The notes: a model not told the origin generated them from the sequence alone. A stretch of DNA of 63,294 bases, filler included, from Platydemus manokwari (GCA_037951405.1; 5 parts of 5 records of this genome joined end to end with filler, not necessarily neighbours in it); one strand, 5' to 3'. Numbered from the whole stretch's first letter, positions 1 to 14,400 are shown. Numbers and translations: made by a program.

Positions 1-310
1 AGTTATAATTATTCAGATATTGTTTTCTCAAATTGCTTTTATTTATTTTTCTTTAAGAAATTTATCAATAAATCATGTTATCAGTTTTTCATGTATTTAT
101 GAAATGAGTTATATGAGAAGCCGAGCACATGTTTAATTACAATATGAAAAGCTTTAAAATTAATTTATCAAAATTGCACACTAATTCATTAAGGGTCTAT
201 CCTAGAACAACGTGTTTTTTCAGCATATTTTTTGATTTAAGTCATTTATTTGACATTTCTCTTTGATTTTAACTTTTCATTTGAACAAGGGGTATTGTTT
301 GCATTAAATA

Positions 311-361
311 CTGTAAGCCGCTACTATTTTATTGGAAACTAACTGAAAAGTCACGACACAA
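311..361 (+). repeat. Dispersed repeat end; inverted related copy at 11636-11697
   Basis: GTAAGCCGCTACTATTTT...AACTGAAAAGTCACGACACA matches the reverse complement of 11636-11697 (GTAAGTCGCTACTATTTT...AACTGAAAAGCCGCGACACC). Confidence 0.7.
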
Positions 362-1162
362 AATTATATTTTGACTGCAATTATTTAAACAAAACAAAAT
401 ATGATTATATTTATTTTTAATTCTTTTTTAAAATCCTAACTAGTGCATTGTGAAAACTATACCTAGCTAAAACTAATGGAGTTATATTTTTTCTCTCGGA
501 AAATCAGTTCGGTCAAGAAATAGAATTTTCATTTAGTATGCTCAACTCTTATTCATTTACAGGTTAATTCGAAAAATGTTCAATTTTGGCAATTAAAGAT
601 GTCAAACATTTGAAATACAGAATATAATCGTTCTTCGATTTTTATTTTATAGAGATATTGTTATTCTTAAATTTCTCATTTCTTTCATAATAGTTTATTT
701 TGTGCGGGATACTTCATAAAAAATTGATACAATGTGAATTAATCGCTAAAGAAATAGTTTTTTATTAAGACGTATATCGTCATCAAAATAATTTTCTACG
801 CATATATAATTGATTTTTCGTTAGATTGATATTTTTTAAGATATTTTTTACTAAATTGTCCGTTTCTCTTTCTATTGATTGTGACTGTATCCTCAACGGA
901 AGTGAAAAAACTTTTAACTTTCAGCATAATTTATCAGTCTTGTTAGCTGCTGTAAACAGGGTGAAAATAATACTAAAACCAATAAGATAACGTACATGTC
1001 GAATATAAATTAAATTATAATATTTATGAAATATCCTGAAAGAACAATCTCATGTTGTTTTATTAATAATTAATAATATTTTTTATCTGGTGAGATAATT
1101 ACTGTTATCTTTATCTACAAAAAGATATATCTTTTTGATAAATATTTACAAATATTTACTAG

Positions 1163-4100
1163 GAGTCTCAAGTATATAATCGAAAATAAGGTAGACGTTC
1201 CCGAAAGTGAAAGAAAACTTGCTGCTTTAACTGCTGGTGACAGAATTCCATGGGCAAATGCACGTAAAAACTATTTCAGTCGAGGAGTAAATAAGATATC
1301 TCTTGAAACAATTGATAAAGTCTTTTGATTGTCGATTATTTATTTCATTTATTTTGTTGTTTAGGCCGCTTTTGTTGTTTCTTTGGATGAAGTGGGATAT
1401 CTGGAAGATGTATCCGACCATGTGAATTATAATAAATTTGCTATAGCTGGTCTGACAGGTGATATCACCAATCGTTGGTTCGATAAATCATTCTGCCTGT
1501 TTGTTGGAAAAAATGGTGTTTTGGGTTTGAATGTTGAACATTCCTGGTAATTTTTTCTTTGATCTGACATTAACCAAAAATATAATTTGTATCAATTATT
1601 TTCTTTCCTTTACTTTGTGCTTTGAGATCCGAATCTCTTACATTTTCAATCATGGTTCATAGCGATATTTTTATACAATATTTATTATTTATAACTATTT
1701 TTAGATTATAGATCAATATTTATACAAAATACTTTATTGTCTCATTATTTATTTGATTTTGCGGTGATTTTTTCTTGTTGACTTATCAATTGTATCGCTT
1801 GAATCATTTCATAATATTCACTGACAGCTAATATTTTCAATTGCTGAAAAATTCATTCACTTAATATTTATAATATTAAAAATCAAATTTTTCGATATAG
1901 ATTAATCCTTTAACATTTATACTTCATACATTTATTTGTTTATTTATTTTAAATAATGTACTACTATGATCAAATATGGCTGTGATTTTTCAATTTGAAA
2001 ATTGCGAGTTTACCGATTCGTACAAAATAATTTTTTTGCGATGTCAATATCTTCATTGGCTAGAGAGTTACGCTCGTCATTATCGAAACAATAAATGTTT
2101 TTGTCGATTGTTACAATGCCTGATTTTGTTGAGTAAAGAAGTTGCATTAAATTTTGTTTTGCGGAATCAATTTCCTGCTCCATAAACACAAAGATGTTAT
2201 CGAGGGTCTTCGGTGTCCAGGATATATCGAAAACAAGATCATATTAATGATAATAATGTTCAAAGAGGACAAACGACACAGGACTTGAAGAAAATCAAAG
2301 ATATGGTGCCCGAAAATCATTGATTGACAATCAGAGACATTGTTGATGCTGTAAACATTTCCTTTTAATCAGTCCAGATCATCAAAAAAGTAGTTCTATG
2401 CATCAGACGAGTCAAATCTTACAAATATACTCTTCGACACTTTCCTCAAAGATTCAATTATTTTCGTTCATAAATCCACCCAATTAGGTTGATTTAGCAC
2501 TATGTGATTTCTGAATGTTCAAGAAGCTCATAATTGGTATAATTTTATCATATAGGAAGGGATTTGAAGTCGATAAAATGTATTTCGAAGAATAAATTAA
2601 GATTTTTCATTCTAAAATTTTTTCTTTCATATTTGATGACAATATTATTTGGTAAATATTATGCTATTATGTTGTTTCGATTATATAGAAGATAAATTGA
2701 TTAATTATATAAAACATTAGGGCCGATGCACCCATTACTAGCCATTTATGGGAGGCTGTACTATCAAAAGATTTCCTCTTAACGAAAAATTCTGATGGAA
2801 TTGTTGGGTAGTAATTTTACTGCTTATAATGTTTGTAAACTGTATTTGAAAGATATACACCAGATTTACATTGTGTTGGTACTCCCGATGAATCGAATCC
2901 TCCACCAAAACGACTTTTGTGGCAAATTCCAGAACCTGTATTTCAGTTTTGATTAGTAACGATTTTTAATTGTCGAAATATTATTGTTTTCAGTGTGCCG
3001 CTATAATTAACTCCTCATATGAGACAGCAATGAAACTTAAAGAGGATACTGATCTCCATTTATTAATCCATACCAAATTTGGCAAAGGTACTATTAAGAA
3101 ACTTCAATGTTCACCCGATTCATTTGTACAAATCGCTTTGCAAATTGCTTATTATCGATTGACTGGGAAGTTCTGTTTGACATATGAAGCCACGATGACT
3201 CGATTATTCAGAGATGGTAGAACTGAAACGGCTCGATCTTGCTGCTCTGAAAGTTGTGATTTCGTTAGAGGCTTTTTAGATGAATCAGTGCCGGTAAAAT
3301 ATATTATGATTTTTAGTATTTAAGTTTGGACAATTTTCGTTATTTTCATCGATTTTAATATCATGGAAACAATTTGATAAACTGTATTTGTGTCAATTTT
3401 TCCCGATAAAAGGGAATCAAATTTCATTCATTACATTACTGATTGTTTACGAACCATTTCTAATAATTTGACTTTATGATTCTATTGGTGAATTAATCTA
3501 TAATGATCCTTTAGAAAGATTTTAAATATTTTCATTTATATTTTTCAAAATTATTTATGAAAAATTTTATCAACATTCTTAAACTGATTCGATCCATGTG
3601 AAAATCCTCACTGCACTGCTAATCGCTGACTCCAAAAACTAGAAGGCTGATTTCATTTTCAACTGGGTACAACTCAGTACAACATAAAATAAATACACTC
3701 AATATACTTCTCAAAATATAAACAAAACCCGACTTCCAACTGGCAGTTGGGATTTTTATTTTTTGCGTGAATGGAATTGGTCAGTCCCTATGTGTGTTGT
3801 CGCGTGACTAAGCTCCTTTTTCCAATTAGCTCCGTTTACCTTCTAACTCCGGTGTGATTAGCTGGTTGCTATGTCAATATGGTTGTGTAGGTATGCAAAT
3901 GTTTAAAGTGCTTAAACAATGGTTCCAAGGTGCAAGTCGTTTTTTCTTTTTCAGAATTTTATCTCACTCAACATAGCTTTATAAATTGAGATAGAAAATG
4001 AATAGAATACTAAGAAATTTATTTGAAACATTTGCACCAAAGAAGGCAAAGATATTTATAAATTATTGTAAATCACCGCAGTTGATGGAGTCTATTTGTG

Positions 4101-5695
4101 AGGTCTCTTACTCCACGTTTCTGGTGCTGAATTGGAATTTCAATTTTTTTTCGGTGAAACTAGTTAGAGTCGAAAATGAATTATTATTCTTATCGGCTCC
4201 ATAGTTTGATTTATATTTTAATTAGTTCAATGCATTGTTTCAATTTGATTTATGGAAATATGGAGCAATCAATTACTGTGAGTAAAGAAAAAAAATCTGT
4301 TCTTTTTGAGACAAATGCTTGGCATAAACAGCACACACACACACATATATATATACATATAATTATTCAATTATATTGTTTTCATAACATATTTCTATGA
4401 TTTCGAAATCAATTAATGTTAATTTATTCTAAAAAATGGAGTTGATTTATTACCAATGACTTGATTTTTGTTGAGACAAATGTGGTATTGTTGCGAACAT
4501 TAATAATCAATATTGTAAAACAACAGTCGAAGTGGAATATTTTCAAGTTTTAATCAATAAAGTTTTATTTCAAAATATAATAATTATAGTATAATTTAAT
4601 TTTATTTATATTTTTGTATGCATTCCATCGTACTTGAGACCATCTTAAAAGTTTTCTCAACAACAGAAGTGCAGTCACCACTAAATTGTAAATTATTTGT
4701 TGAAATTTATATAAAATTTTTTTATAAAACTTTTGTTGAATTTTCTGATATTGGAATTCATCCGATATGTTTATTCGAACTGTGAAATATGTTTCGCAAG
4801 CTTGGATATTGTAAAACGAAAACGTTTATCTTTAATTGTTTCTCTGAGATGTGTCTGAAATATGTCTGAGATTGTTTATTATTGAGCACCTGATGTTTTT
4901 GACCTAAATAAAAAATATTAGTACATGCATACTATGTTGGTATACTTATGACGAAGCTTTTCTAATGGATTTTCCTAGTGATATATTTGATAGATTTAAA
5001 TTGTTCTGTGTTTAATATTTCTAGTATGGTTTTATTTGTAAAAAATCTCATTATACTTGTTTGTCCTTTTATTTTATGATACTGTATCATGTTTGTCGAT
5101 TATATTTATTCAAGTTTGTAAACGTGTTTACCAGTTTTTTACATCAAATATTAGAAATATTGTGTATTATCTTTGATGTGTCTTGCGTATGTTTATTTTC
5201 ATTTATTTTTTAGTTAAAAGAAAAGAAAAAACTTTTCGATAGAGCTTGTGATGCTCATAAAGATTTATGTCGTGATGCTATGGCTGGAAAAGGCATTGAC
5301 AGGCATCTCTTTAGTTTATATATAGTATCGAAATATCTCGGTGTTCAAAGTCCATTTCTTCAAAAAGTGCTCAACGAACAATGGCAATTGTCTACGAGTC
5401 AGACGCCTGCTGATCAATGCGGTGCTATGGATCTTAAAAAGTATCCAGATAGGATAACCGCTGGAGGCGGGTTTGGACCAGTTGCAGATAGTGGCTATGG
5501 TGTTAGCTACATATTTTCTGGTGAAAACTACATCTTCTTCCACGTTTCATCTAAAAAGTGGTATCCTTCAACAGTAATAATATTTTTTGTTCTCGATTTT
5601 CAAATTACTCATTGTCACGCTAGAGTTCTGAAAAAATGGCTAACCATATTGATCAAGCTCTTGATGATTTAAAATCGATGTTGGAGACCAAGTAA
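1163..5695 (+). CDS. CPT1: Carnitine O-palmitoyltransferase 1, 3' part, multi-exon (5' exons outside the window or not found)
   Basis: Spliced translation gives [43 protein letters not shown]...NRWFDKSF...NVEHSW/ADAP (catalytic His), [51 protein letters not shown] and [16 protein letters not shown]. Introns are GT-AG; stop TAA at 5693-5695. Confidence 0.95.
1959..2430 (+). mobile_element. Decayed mariner transposon (5' end and N-terminal transposase HTH region) inside a CPT1 intron
   Basis: Frameshifted translation from 2116 gives MPDFVE*RSCIKFC..RNQFPA..MLSRVFG...MFKE...[29 protein letters not shown], which resembles the mariner EQRxxIKFC and RRxTIRExA motifs. Confidence 0.75.
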
Positions 5696-6479
5696 CTATA
5701 AATTTATTTATTGATAGATTTTATATACATATCAAAAGAAGTTATTAAAGAATTTCATAAATAAAATAATCTCAATTAAGTAACGAATTTTGTTATTATT
5801 TAATTTTATTGCACCATTCTCTCGTAAACAACTTCGGTCATAAAGAAATGTAGGCCAAGCATTAAAAATTCCATTTATATATACCTTAAAATGTTATTCG
5901 AGATTTACAATAGTTCAGCAAAATTGTTTGAAAATAGATTTTTCTTATTCAACAAATTTTTTGTCAATTTGTGTATCAATATTAGAATATGTTCTACGAA
6001 TTAACACGGAGATTATCAGAAGCGATTTAAAGAAGCCATTGAGAATTGATCAAACATTTTCTCAATGATTTCATTTATTGAATTTTTTCAATAGATAATC
6101 TTGAATCACGTTTGGTTTTGTCTCGAGAAAAACATCAGGTTTTATTATTATAAATTAATTTTATTTATTAAGTAGTAATAAAATATTTATAACTCCATGG
6201 TACATATTTATATTTTTCCTTTTGATTTAACTTTTAGATTTCAGTAAATAATTTTTTATGGAAATATGTGTTACTAATATAAAGAGAATTCGGTTTTATG
6301 TCGATTTAAACTTTGTCGTCATAATTGTGATCAATAATAATTATTAAATGATCTGATTATCTACTTTGATTTAAAAATTATTATCTGACATCGGTGGATA
6401 TTTCTTCATATTTTTAAAGTTCTAGTCTTGTCTGTGAGAAGTCAAGCAACGGCAGTTTTTTCTATAACTTTTAAAAGTG

Positions 6480-7330
6480 TTGAAACTCCATTTTTAAACC
6501 GTAATTCTAATGATATTTAGCTATAATATTACTCATATTCTCTCGCTAACGCTTTTTCTTTGGAGACATTTAATGTTTTCGAGGAATCAGATTCCAAGTA
6601 TTCAATGAACTATGTAAAGGTTTTTTCTGAACATCTTATTTCCAATGGTACCTCATTTTTATTGATTATTGTTTGTAAGGAATTAAATTTAATTATTCGA
6701 GCATTTATTTAAATATTCGATTGTTGTTTATCCGATCCTTTTCATTTATTTATTATTAATTTATTGGTATTAATATATTATATATATATATTAAAACCGA
6801 CACGATTTTAGATGTAGTAAGTGAATCAACATTATTGTTAAATATTTAGCTTTAGTAAATTTTTAAGCATTTATAAATTGCAATGATTTTAATTCAGTTT
6901 CCTTTCAATCTTATATTGATTGTCAATTATCTTATCTGAATGATGCATATTAAACTTTCTCCAAAGCTAATTTTAAATTTAAAAAGCTCGTTTAGTTAGA
7001 AGCAAATCATTTATCTTTTATACTAAATAATATCGTCATTTGCTTGAGCAAATTTCACTAACCTGGATATCATTCTGTATAATGGGACAGAAAATATTGT
7101 GAGAGAAATAAAATATCAGTGGGCTGAAATTTACATAACGGATTTATAATTATCTTGAACTAAATTATGGAACTTGTATTATTATGCTAATTTTTATCTA
7201 TATCGGCCAGTCACACCTCTCCTAATTGATTTTCGACAGTATTGTTTATCATCTGTACAATTTAATTCTTGAATCTAAAAATAATGGTATCTCGGCATTG
7301 AAGTGATGAGTAAATATCGATATCAGTTTC
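6480..7330 (-). pseudogene. Possible decayed iGluR/IR-like relic (end of the amino-terminal domain to S1)
   Basis: Broken frames give IYSSLQCRDTIIF, LNCTDD...RGVTG and REYE*YYS*ISLELRFK, weakly resembling the iGluR SALxYDAV, GxTG and YEG..DL...S..LxF motifs. Confidence 0.3.
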
Positions 7331-7737
7331 AATTTCATAATGTTATTTTCGATTGAATCAATCAATACAATTTTAAGGAATAAAATGATAAGCCATTCGA
7401 TAAAATAATCATTATTTTTTCAAGATTTTATTTATATCAACTGTTACATTTGAAATGCATATCATCATCATCATCATCATATTTCAGGTGCTGAGTCAAA
7501 TAGATTCGGAATTTGATTCCATTATTCAAATGACAAATAAAAGACTTTGTTTGAAATTTGCGATGAAGTTTAGTTTGTATTTTTGGATCAACATGAGCTA
7601 TGAAGTGCTTTATGAGAAGCCATGTTTTAAATAGAAAATGTTTTATCTTTTTAATGTACATCATCATAGCACTAATTGATAAGTACATAATAATTTTTGG
7701 TTTTTAAATAAGTGTAAATTGTTGTTGAATGAATTTT

Positions 7738-8840
7738 TTAAATTTGGTAATTGATTTTTGATGTCTTTTTCGACAATAAAAATATGGTTTTAAATTCTTT
7801 CCGGAATCCATTTGGAGACATAATACAGGACATGACAACCATGCATACTGAACAGATGGCAGAAAGGGAATTGATAAGAACATCTAATATTATTATATCC
7901 AATGGAGTTATATAGGAACGATTTGAGCTTCTAGCTATGCTGTATGTTGTGACAATCCGCATTGTATGATTCAGTTGGTATTTTGTACCTTTGTAGACCA
8001 TTGATATTGCACTCGGTATTAAGATGAGAACAAGTGTCAAAATATTGTATACCACGAGAACTTTCTTCATTTCTATAAATGTATTGACGTCGATTAAGTG
8101 TCTGCTTAAGTTGTTTTTAGTAGATATCGGTCTTTTCATGAGATTGGAGTGATTTTTTGAGATAGTAATCGATGTTAATATGAAGCATATGAGTATAGAT
8201 ATAATCGGACATAATTCACCAATCGAGAAATCGACAAACGGCCAAACGATATCTCGAAATGTGGGATTGACCCATTTAACGAGATATGTACAGTAATTGC
8301 CTGGAGGAATGGAATTTTGTTTGTTGTTCATGTGCATAATTGAGTAAGTCCATAGAAAATGACTATTGATAATAAGCAATAGAGTTGTGAATAGAAGTAG
8401 TAAGTGATGTATTCGTGAAATAACGATTTTTCTCGTGATTGATAATGGCTTCTTGTAAGAATAGTATATATCGATACATAGAGCAGATCTGATAAAGCCA
8501 ATCATATGAATGATCAAATAGAGAGTTATAGTGAATGTAGAACATACTGCATGGCTTGTTAATATAACCGAATTAAGGAATCTGATAGAAAAAGTTATCT
8601 AAATGAAAATCAATTTTCGATGATTATCAAATGTTATCGTACTTGGCACCATTTATCTAATAGTTTCACCGTACTGTTTAATATATCAAGAATGGACAAA
8701 ATGACTATATAAAGACACGGCGGGAATTTCCACTGAGACAAGCTGTGCATGATTCGTATCATGACTAAATTTGCAGTTACTGAGAAGACTATGATTATGG
8801 GCAACAACCATTTCAAAAATTCTTTCGATCTGCTGTCTAA
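7738..8840 (-). CDS. Divergent rhodopsin-like (class A) peptide-receptor-type GPCR; N-terminus unresolved
   Basis: A 44-nt intron (8599-8642) joins ...LLDKWCQ to ITFSIRFLNSV...; seven hydrophobic segments; TM1 ...TANL, TM2 LSILD, TM3 CIDIYYSYKKPL, INSHFLW, ECL2 Cys, VWPFVD..GELCP and helix-8 FRKEF. Confidence 0.8.
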
Positions 8841-10699
8841 AAGTCGATAAGTAGCGATTTATTTGTAAAAAACTTATTTTTTGAAGATCAAATAACATTT
8901 ACAAAGCAGTTATCGTGAAACCAAAATTTACTATCTCTCCGACGGATTACGTAACAAACTTAAAGTACAATTTATGTTACTAACATCAAATTATTCTTCA
9001 CACAATAAATTTTCAATCGGTTTATTTCTGCACAAGTTGCTTGAATGAGCCATGAAATGTTAAGTATTTTCAATACAGTTGTATCAGAAATTCAATAATA
9101 TCTTTTAATTAATAAATCAAGGATAACGTGAAACAGATCAGTTCCACATGTTATTTGTATCTATAATTAATTAACTGATAAATTTCTGTCTGGTGTTTGT
9201 TCATTCACCCATGCATCAATGGATTGAAAAATAAATTCTACATTTTCATTTATATAAGCGGAATATTAAAATATGTTTTGATCATGCTGCATAGGTTTTA
9301 ATTTATTTTATAATATTTTAAATTTCAAGCTGTAAACAAGCTGTTAAAATAAAGTGCAAGTATTATATTTATAAAATTTTCAATTTTCAGCACTGTATAA
9401 ACATCATTTGTAATTACCTGAATTTTATTGTTATAGCTTATAGAACCAATTCTTGGTTTATAAGATTTAATCTAAATGCATGATAACTTTTGAGTTACAA
9501 AAATGTTTTTCTGCTTTGTGAAAATAGGGCTGAGAATTTTCGTGACACATTCAACAAATCGAATGATTTCTGCAAGAAATTATTAACGAATTATTTGTTA
9601 GTAAATGACAATTATGTTGATAATAATTGATAGATTACTAGTTTTCTGTGAATAAATGAATAAAAATTTCTTATTAACAATACAAATGAGCTATTAACAA
9701 GAAGTCTTTCAAAACAACGAACTCCGGCCATGTTGTGTTAGTAGATTTCAATTAGGGCTTCATTAAACCGCCAGAATATCCCAGTTATTTGCAATACTCA
9801 TATAATTGAGATGTAAAAACTGTGCAAGAGAAATGTAATCAAAATATTAGCGTTCAAACCAATTAACAATTTACTTGAATGAGAAAATATTCTTTTACGA
9901 TAAAATTTTTATGGAAATGCTTGCTTAATTTGAGTAAAACGCGTGAGTAAATTAAATGAAAAGTAATTTGAATGGTTATGAAAAATATAATATTACAGAC
10001 TATCAACAGAGCACTATAGCAAGTGCTTATTGAATTTATATAATTAATTACAAAAACTAAACCCAATTTATTTAATTGGAGGAATTATGCACGTTAGAGG
10101 TTCAATGAGTTCTATCGATATTTTTAATTGCTACTACTTCATTTATATAGTGCTGTGATTAGTGGAATATAAACAATTTGAAGGACTTAATAACAACAAC
10201 AATATGGCAAATATTGTGTATCGGCGTTCAAAAGTATTTTTACCGTATGATGTAAAGAAAATGTATTTGAAAAATAACATCGAATATTTTATATTCAAAT
10301 AACTCTTCGAATATTACGGCGTACCATATGTATAATCAAAATAATAACCAGCACATCAAAAGAATACAGAGTTCATAAATAAAATCATTGAAAAATATTT
10401 TTAGAATAAACGCACCCACTAAAATAAACTTGAATAAAATATTGATGAAAAATTGTTAGTCATTTATTATCGCGCTTAATAAATTATGCCATAATAAAAT
10501 ACCAATCAATAATTATCATACAAAGAATAAATTTAATCATGAAGAATTTCTTTGCTATTATAAATTTAATCTTAGAAAATTTCTCTAACTTAAAAATTTC
10601 AGCATGAGAAAGCAAGGCACTAAATAAATAATAGTAGAGAATTTCTACTAGTAATTCACCGAGACTACAGTTATCACTGACACATGAACAAAATTACAC

Positions 10700-11090
10700 C
10701 GTGATTATATTCCAGCTCGATTTCCGCCATTCCGAGCGACAGTCGAAGATATCAAGTCAAACAGTTCATAGAAATAAGTAGACGAATATTTCTTTTAAGA
10801 TCGTATCGGATTTACAAATCGTTTGTTCTTATTGTCGAATTTTGCTTCATTATCTTGAAAGTAAAGATTTGGATACAAGAGAATAATGAACAATGAACTT
10901 ATTCTGGAGTTGCAAGGGTCTCATGATAAAGTGTAGCTTTAAACTCAATTTTAATTTTTCTTGTTTATTTTAGTGTTCAATAGTATAGGTGCCAGTTCCC
11001 AATAAACATTTGTACCGATAAGTCTTTGTTATTGATTGAAATAAGAGTCATTGATCATACTTTGATAAATTTGGATATAATCGAGTTCAA
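10700..11090 (+). pseudogene. Decayed iGluR/IR-like S1 ligand-binding segment
   Basis: Broken frames give TNISFKIVSDL...ENNEQ*TYSGVA..LMIKCSFKLNFN...EIRVIDH..DKFG, in the same order as the iGluR S1 motifs NxTLxV / YEGFCIDLL..L..xLxF / YEIRLV.DGKYG. Confidence 0.45.
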
Positions 11091-11339
11091 TAGGTTATAA
11101 AAGTGTTGAGACTGATAAAGGGACGAATAAATTATTAAATCATAGAAGGAGTCATGAAATTAAGTACCATTACAATAATAGAAGTATGGGAAACAATGGT
11201 AAACTTAAAAGTAGGATTAAATATAATATTTCTGACAAATACATTGCCTAACACCACTCACCTTGCATTCTTACGACAGATAAAGTGCTCGAGGAGAAAT
11301 AAGTATAATTTAATAATAGTTTAATAAAATTTTGAAAAA

Positions 11340-11565
11340 GAAATCGTAAGATGTTGAGACTATATAAAGTGTATATAAAGAAGATGTAGAGAAGATATAA
11401 ATACGAATTAGAGAAGACATAAAAAGTCAAAAGAATTAGAGTTTTCTGTGTAGATAAATATAGAGTATTCGATACAATGTTCATTAAGAAAACAAAGAAA
11501 ATCAAAGATTTTAAAGAAAAGGGATCTGAAAATATTAAAATTGAATTAAAATTTTTAACGATTTA
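11340..11565 (+). repeat. Dispersed repeat (probable transposon remnant); diverged second copy at ~16500-16715
   Basis: Collinear similarity in both copies: GATGTTGAGA..AGAAGATGTAGAGAAGAT..AGAGTT..TGTAGAT..GATACAATG..CAAAGATTTT..GAATTAAAA. Confidence 0.65.
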
Positions 11566-13049
11566 ATTTTATACAAAATTTTATTTATATGAAATTTTAC
11601 TAATTTGTCTAAACATTGTATTTAAATATATAATTTGGTGTCGCGGCTTTTCAGTTCGTTTTTAATGTGTGTTCTTTAAAAATAGTAGCGACTTACGAAT
11701 GGAATAGTTAAAATAAAATAGAAGATATTTGAACAATAAATCCCTTATCGGAATCATTGATATTAACCATATGGGAATGTTGCAATAATTGGCTCTTTGC
11801 TTTATACCAAAGGAATGTTTAAACTCAATCAATAATTCAACTTGAATATTTCAGCCATTGTGAAATCTAATCAAGTGCGCTTCTAAGTACTTCTTTTAAT
11901 AGGAAATACTTCTAATTCTTGGAATTTTTTATTTGAAACAATCTCTGAACCGACCCAATATTCATGTCTTGTCAACTGGTCAACATTAACAGTAATAGCT
12001 CAGTATAACAAAATCTAGAAAAATAATCCAAAATAAAATTACCATATTCTCCATGTTCATTTGATTAATGGAAATCGATAGACATTCATTATTTATTCAA
12101 AAGAAGACTAATAATTCATATTTCATCATTAGAATTTATGGAAAAAATATTCTATCTAATCTGTTATTTATATCGACAGACGACATCACGACGCGACAAT
12201 GAAATCGAAATTGATTGTCATATTTCCCATTTTTTGAATAAGCAGATATAAAGGGTTATAAAAGTGTTTCAATTATATTTACATTTTTTTTGTAAAAATC
12301 ATGATGGACGAGTTTTCGTAATTATAATTTTCAGATAAATCTCTTGATAAATCAAATTTGGAATTTTATTACTGAATAAAGATGGCAGTTTTCTATTTCT
12401 GTGGTCGACGAAATATATTCGGATTTATAGCTCTTAAAATGAAACGAATAAATTCAAATAATAAAGTAATGATAATTGAAATTTATAATATTGTTAATTA
12501 TAATCAGTTTTTAAAATCTTAAATTGTTTTAAATTGGCTACAAGAAGACTAATTCATTTTTGTGATGCATTATTCCAAAATCAGATATAAGATAATTTTA
12601 TTCTTCTAATGAATGAGAAGAAGTTTCGAATATAATTGAAAATGTTGATTATTTGTTAGATAACGAACAAGATAATATTAATTATTCAAACAAATATTTG
12701 GCGAAGTGGAGGATCGAAGAACAATTTTATCAAATAATTATAATTCGAGTGATTATCATAAAATATCTGTATTGGTAACATCGACTGATTTTCTTCATTC
12801 TATGTTATAACCAATTTATTTATTAGTATATTTTAATTTATATAATTCTGATGTGTTACTTTCTCATGTACAACTAATTAATTTATATAGTTTGTTTATA
12901 AAGGGATGCATTTTAATATTATAGTATTGTTACTTTAGTAACAACTTATTTCAAGTTTTTAATCCTGAAATCAAGTTTAATAATATTTTATCAATAAATA
13001 AAAGTAAAAAACTCATCAAAATACACAGATTTTCAAATTTGTAAATTTA

Positions 13050-13470
13050 TAGGTTTAAATTAAGAAAAGGGAAAAATTACTTTTGTAATAATGAATTTTT
13101 GCTCAGGAGATAATTTTATAACTTAATTTTATATATCACTGTTATTTTTGATTTATTCGTATAATTCAGTTTATATTTAACTTTTTAGGATGAATAACAT
13201 GGACAAAACATCGTTTTAAAATCAAGTTCCTATTCTAATCACAACACTCCTATATGATTATTTGAGTTTTTAAATTAAAAATTTTAATTATAAATCGAGT
13301 TAATTAACAACAGACATGTTTAATAATGTTATTGCTTATTTTTATAAAATAATTGTAAAAAACGAGTAGCCCTCAATTTGATTTTAATTTTAAAAAAGTT
13401 GTCCTCGGCAATTTTCAATAAATTGCAATTCGATTTACTTTGATCCGGTTTTCAAATAATGAAATTTTAA
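13050..13470. mobile_element. Non-autonomous (MITE/foldback-like) repeat family; further copies at 15660-15940 (direct), 16045-16166 (inverted) and 53140-53180 (inverted terminus)
   Basis: 13090-13280 aligns with 15700-15885; 13315-13432 aligns with the reverse complement of 16047-16166; a terminus of the form GCTTAAsTTAAGAAAAAGGrTCCTTTGACC is shared by 15662 and 53146-53178. Confidence 0.7.
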
Positions 13471-13829
13471 GAAATTTTTAAAGTCTACTCTATTTAATAT
13501 TTGATTTCAAACAATTAAAATTCTTCTTAAGTACTTCAATAAAAATCCAAAATGCTTTTAAAGAATATAATTAAATAAACTATATTGAATTTTGCAATAC
13601 ACTCAACAAATTAAAAATTTTATTTTAGGACCATTTTTAACTTTCATAATTTCATAATTAGATTTTTGTAACCGCTATACATAAACAAAAATAATTCTTA
13701 ATAAATTCGCTTGAATATATTTTGATTAATGACTAACTAGATCAATTCTTTGAAGTTGAAAATAATAATCTTTCTAATAAAGAATTCAAATTATTAAAAA
13801 AAATTTAATTATTTGAACATTTCAAAAAT

Positions 13830-14400
13830 TCTTAAGCACTGAGATAGATATTATAAAAAATTGTCTAGTGAAACCGGACCATTCAAACACCAAATTAATT
13901 CCACAACGGCATATTTTACAAGTCTTTCAAATAACAAAAATATTTTGAAAGGCCGAATAATTTTCAATCATTGCTTGAGGCGCTTGCAGAACATAAATCA
14001 TTGGAACAAATTTCATTTATTGTAGGATTCGTAGAGATTACAGAGATTCCGATCAACATCAAAACATAACTGACTCCAATATAATATTCCTCATTTAAAT
14101 ATTTAGAATCAGAAATGAAAGCAAAATCCCCTAACAGTGAAAATAAAAAAATCATCAATGAATGCTAAAGAATTCCTCTCTTATTGCCAGGCTCACTTTG
14201 AAAATCATTAAATTCAATTTATTCTTCGGTATTCAAAAAAAAATTATGGATTTTCACTTAATTTAATATATATTTTCTAAATATCCAAAATACATCTTCG
14301 AATCCATTAACGATTCCACCCGGAAATGTGCGTTCATTTGTTATCTTTTCTAAAACTTTTTGTATAGAAAATATATTTTGTATTTTAAAATAATTTTTTG
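13830..14400 (-). pseudogene. Decayed iGluR/IR-like S2 domain and pre-M4 linker
   Basis: NTKYIFY/QKVLEKITNERTFPGGIVNGFED..VSLAIR/GDFAFISDSKYLNEEY...RNLCNL...FERLVKY...C..GPVSLDN parallels the iGluR S2 motifs SKIxxYxKMW, VxxxxEGVxxVxxGxxAFxxES, RNCNL, LDKLKxKW and LSLxN. Contains frameshifts and a degenerate splice donor. Confidence 0.6.

Noticed and set aside
5316-5543. Antisense ORFs over CPT1, Gypsy, RT and GFPT exons
   Set aside because: Shadow frames of real coding sequence.
8575-8650. Possible TGA (Sec/readthrough) created by splicing in the GPCR
   Set aside because: A canonical 44-nt intron (8599-8642) keeps the frame open without a stop.
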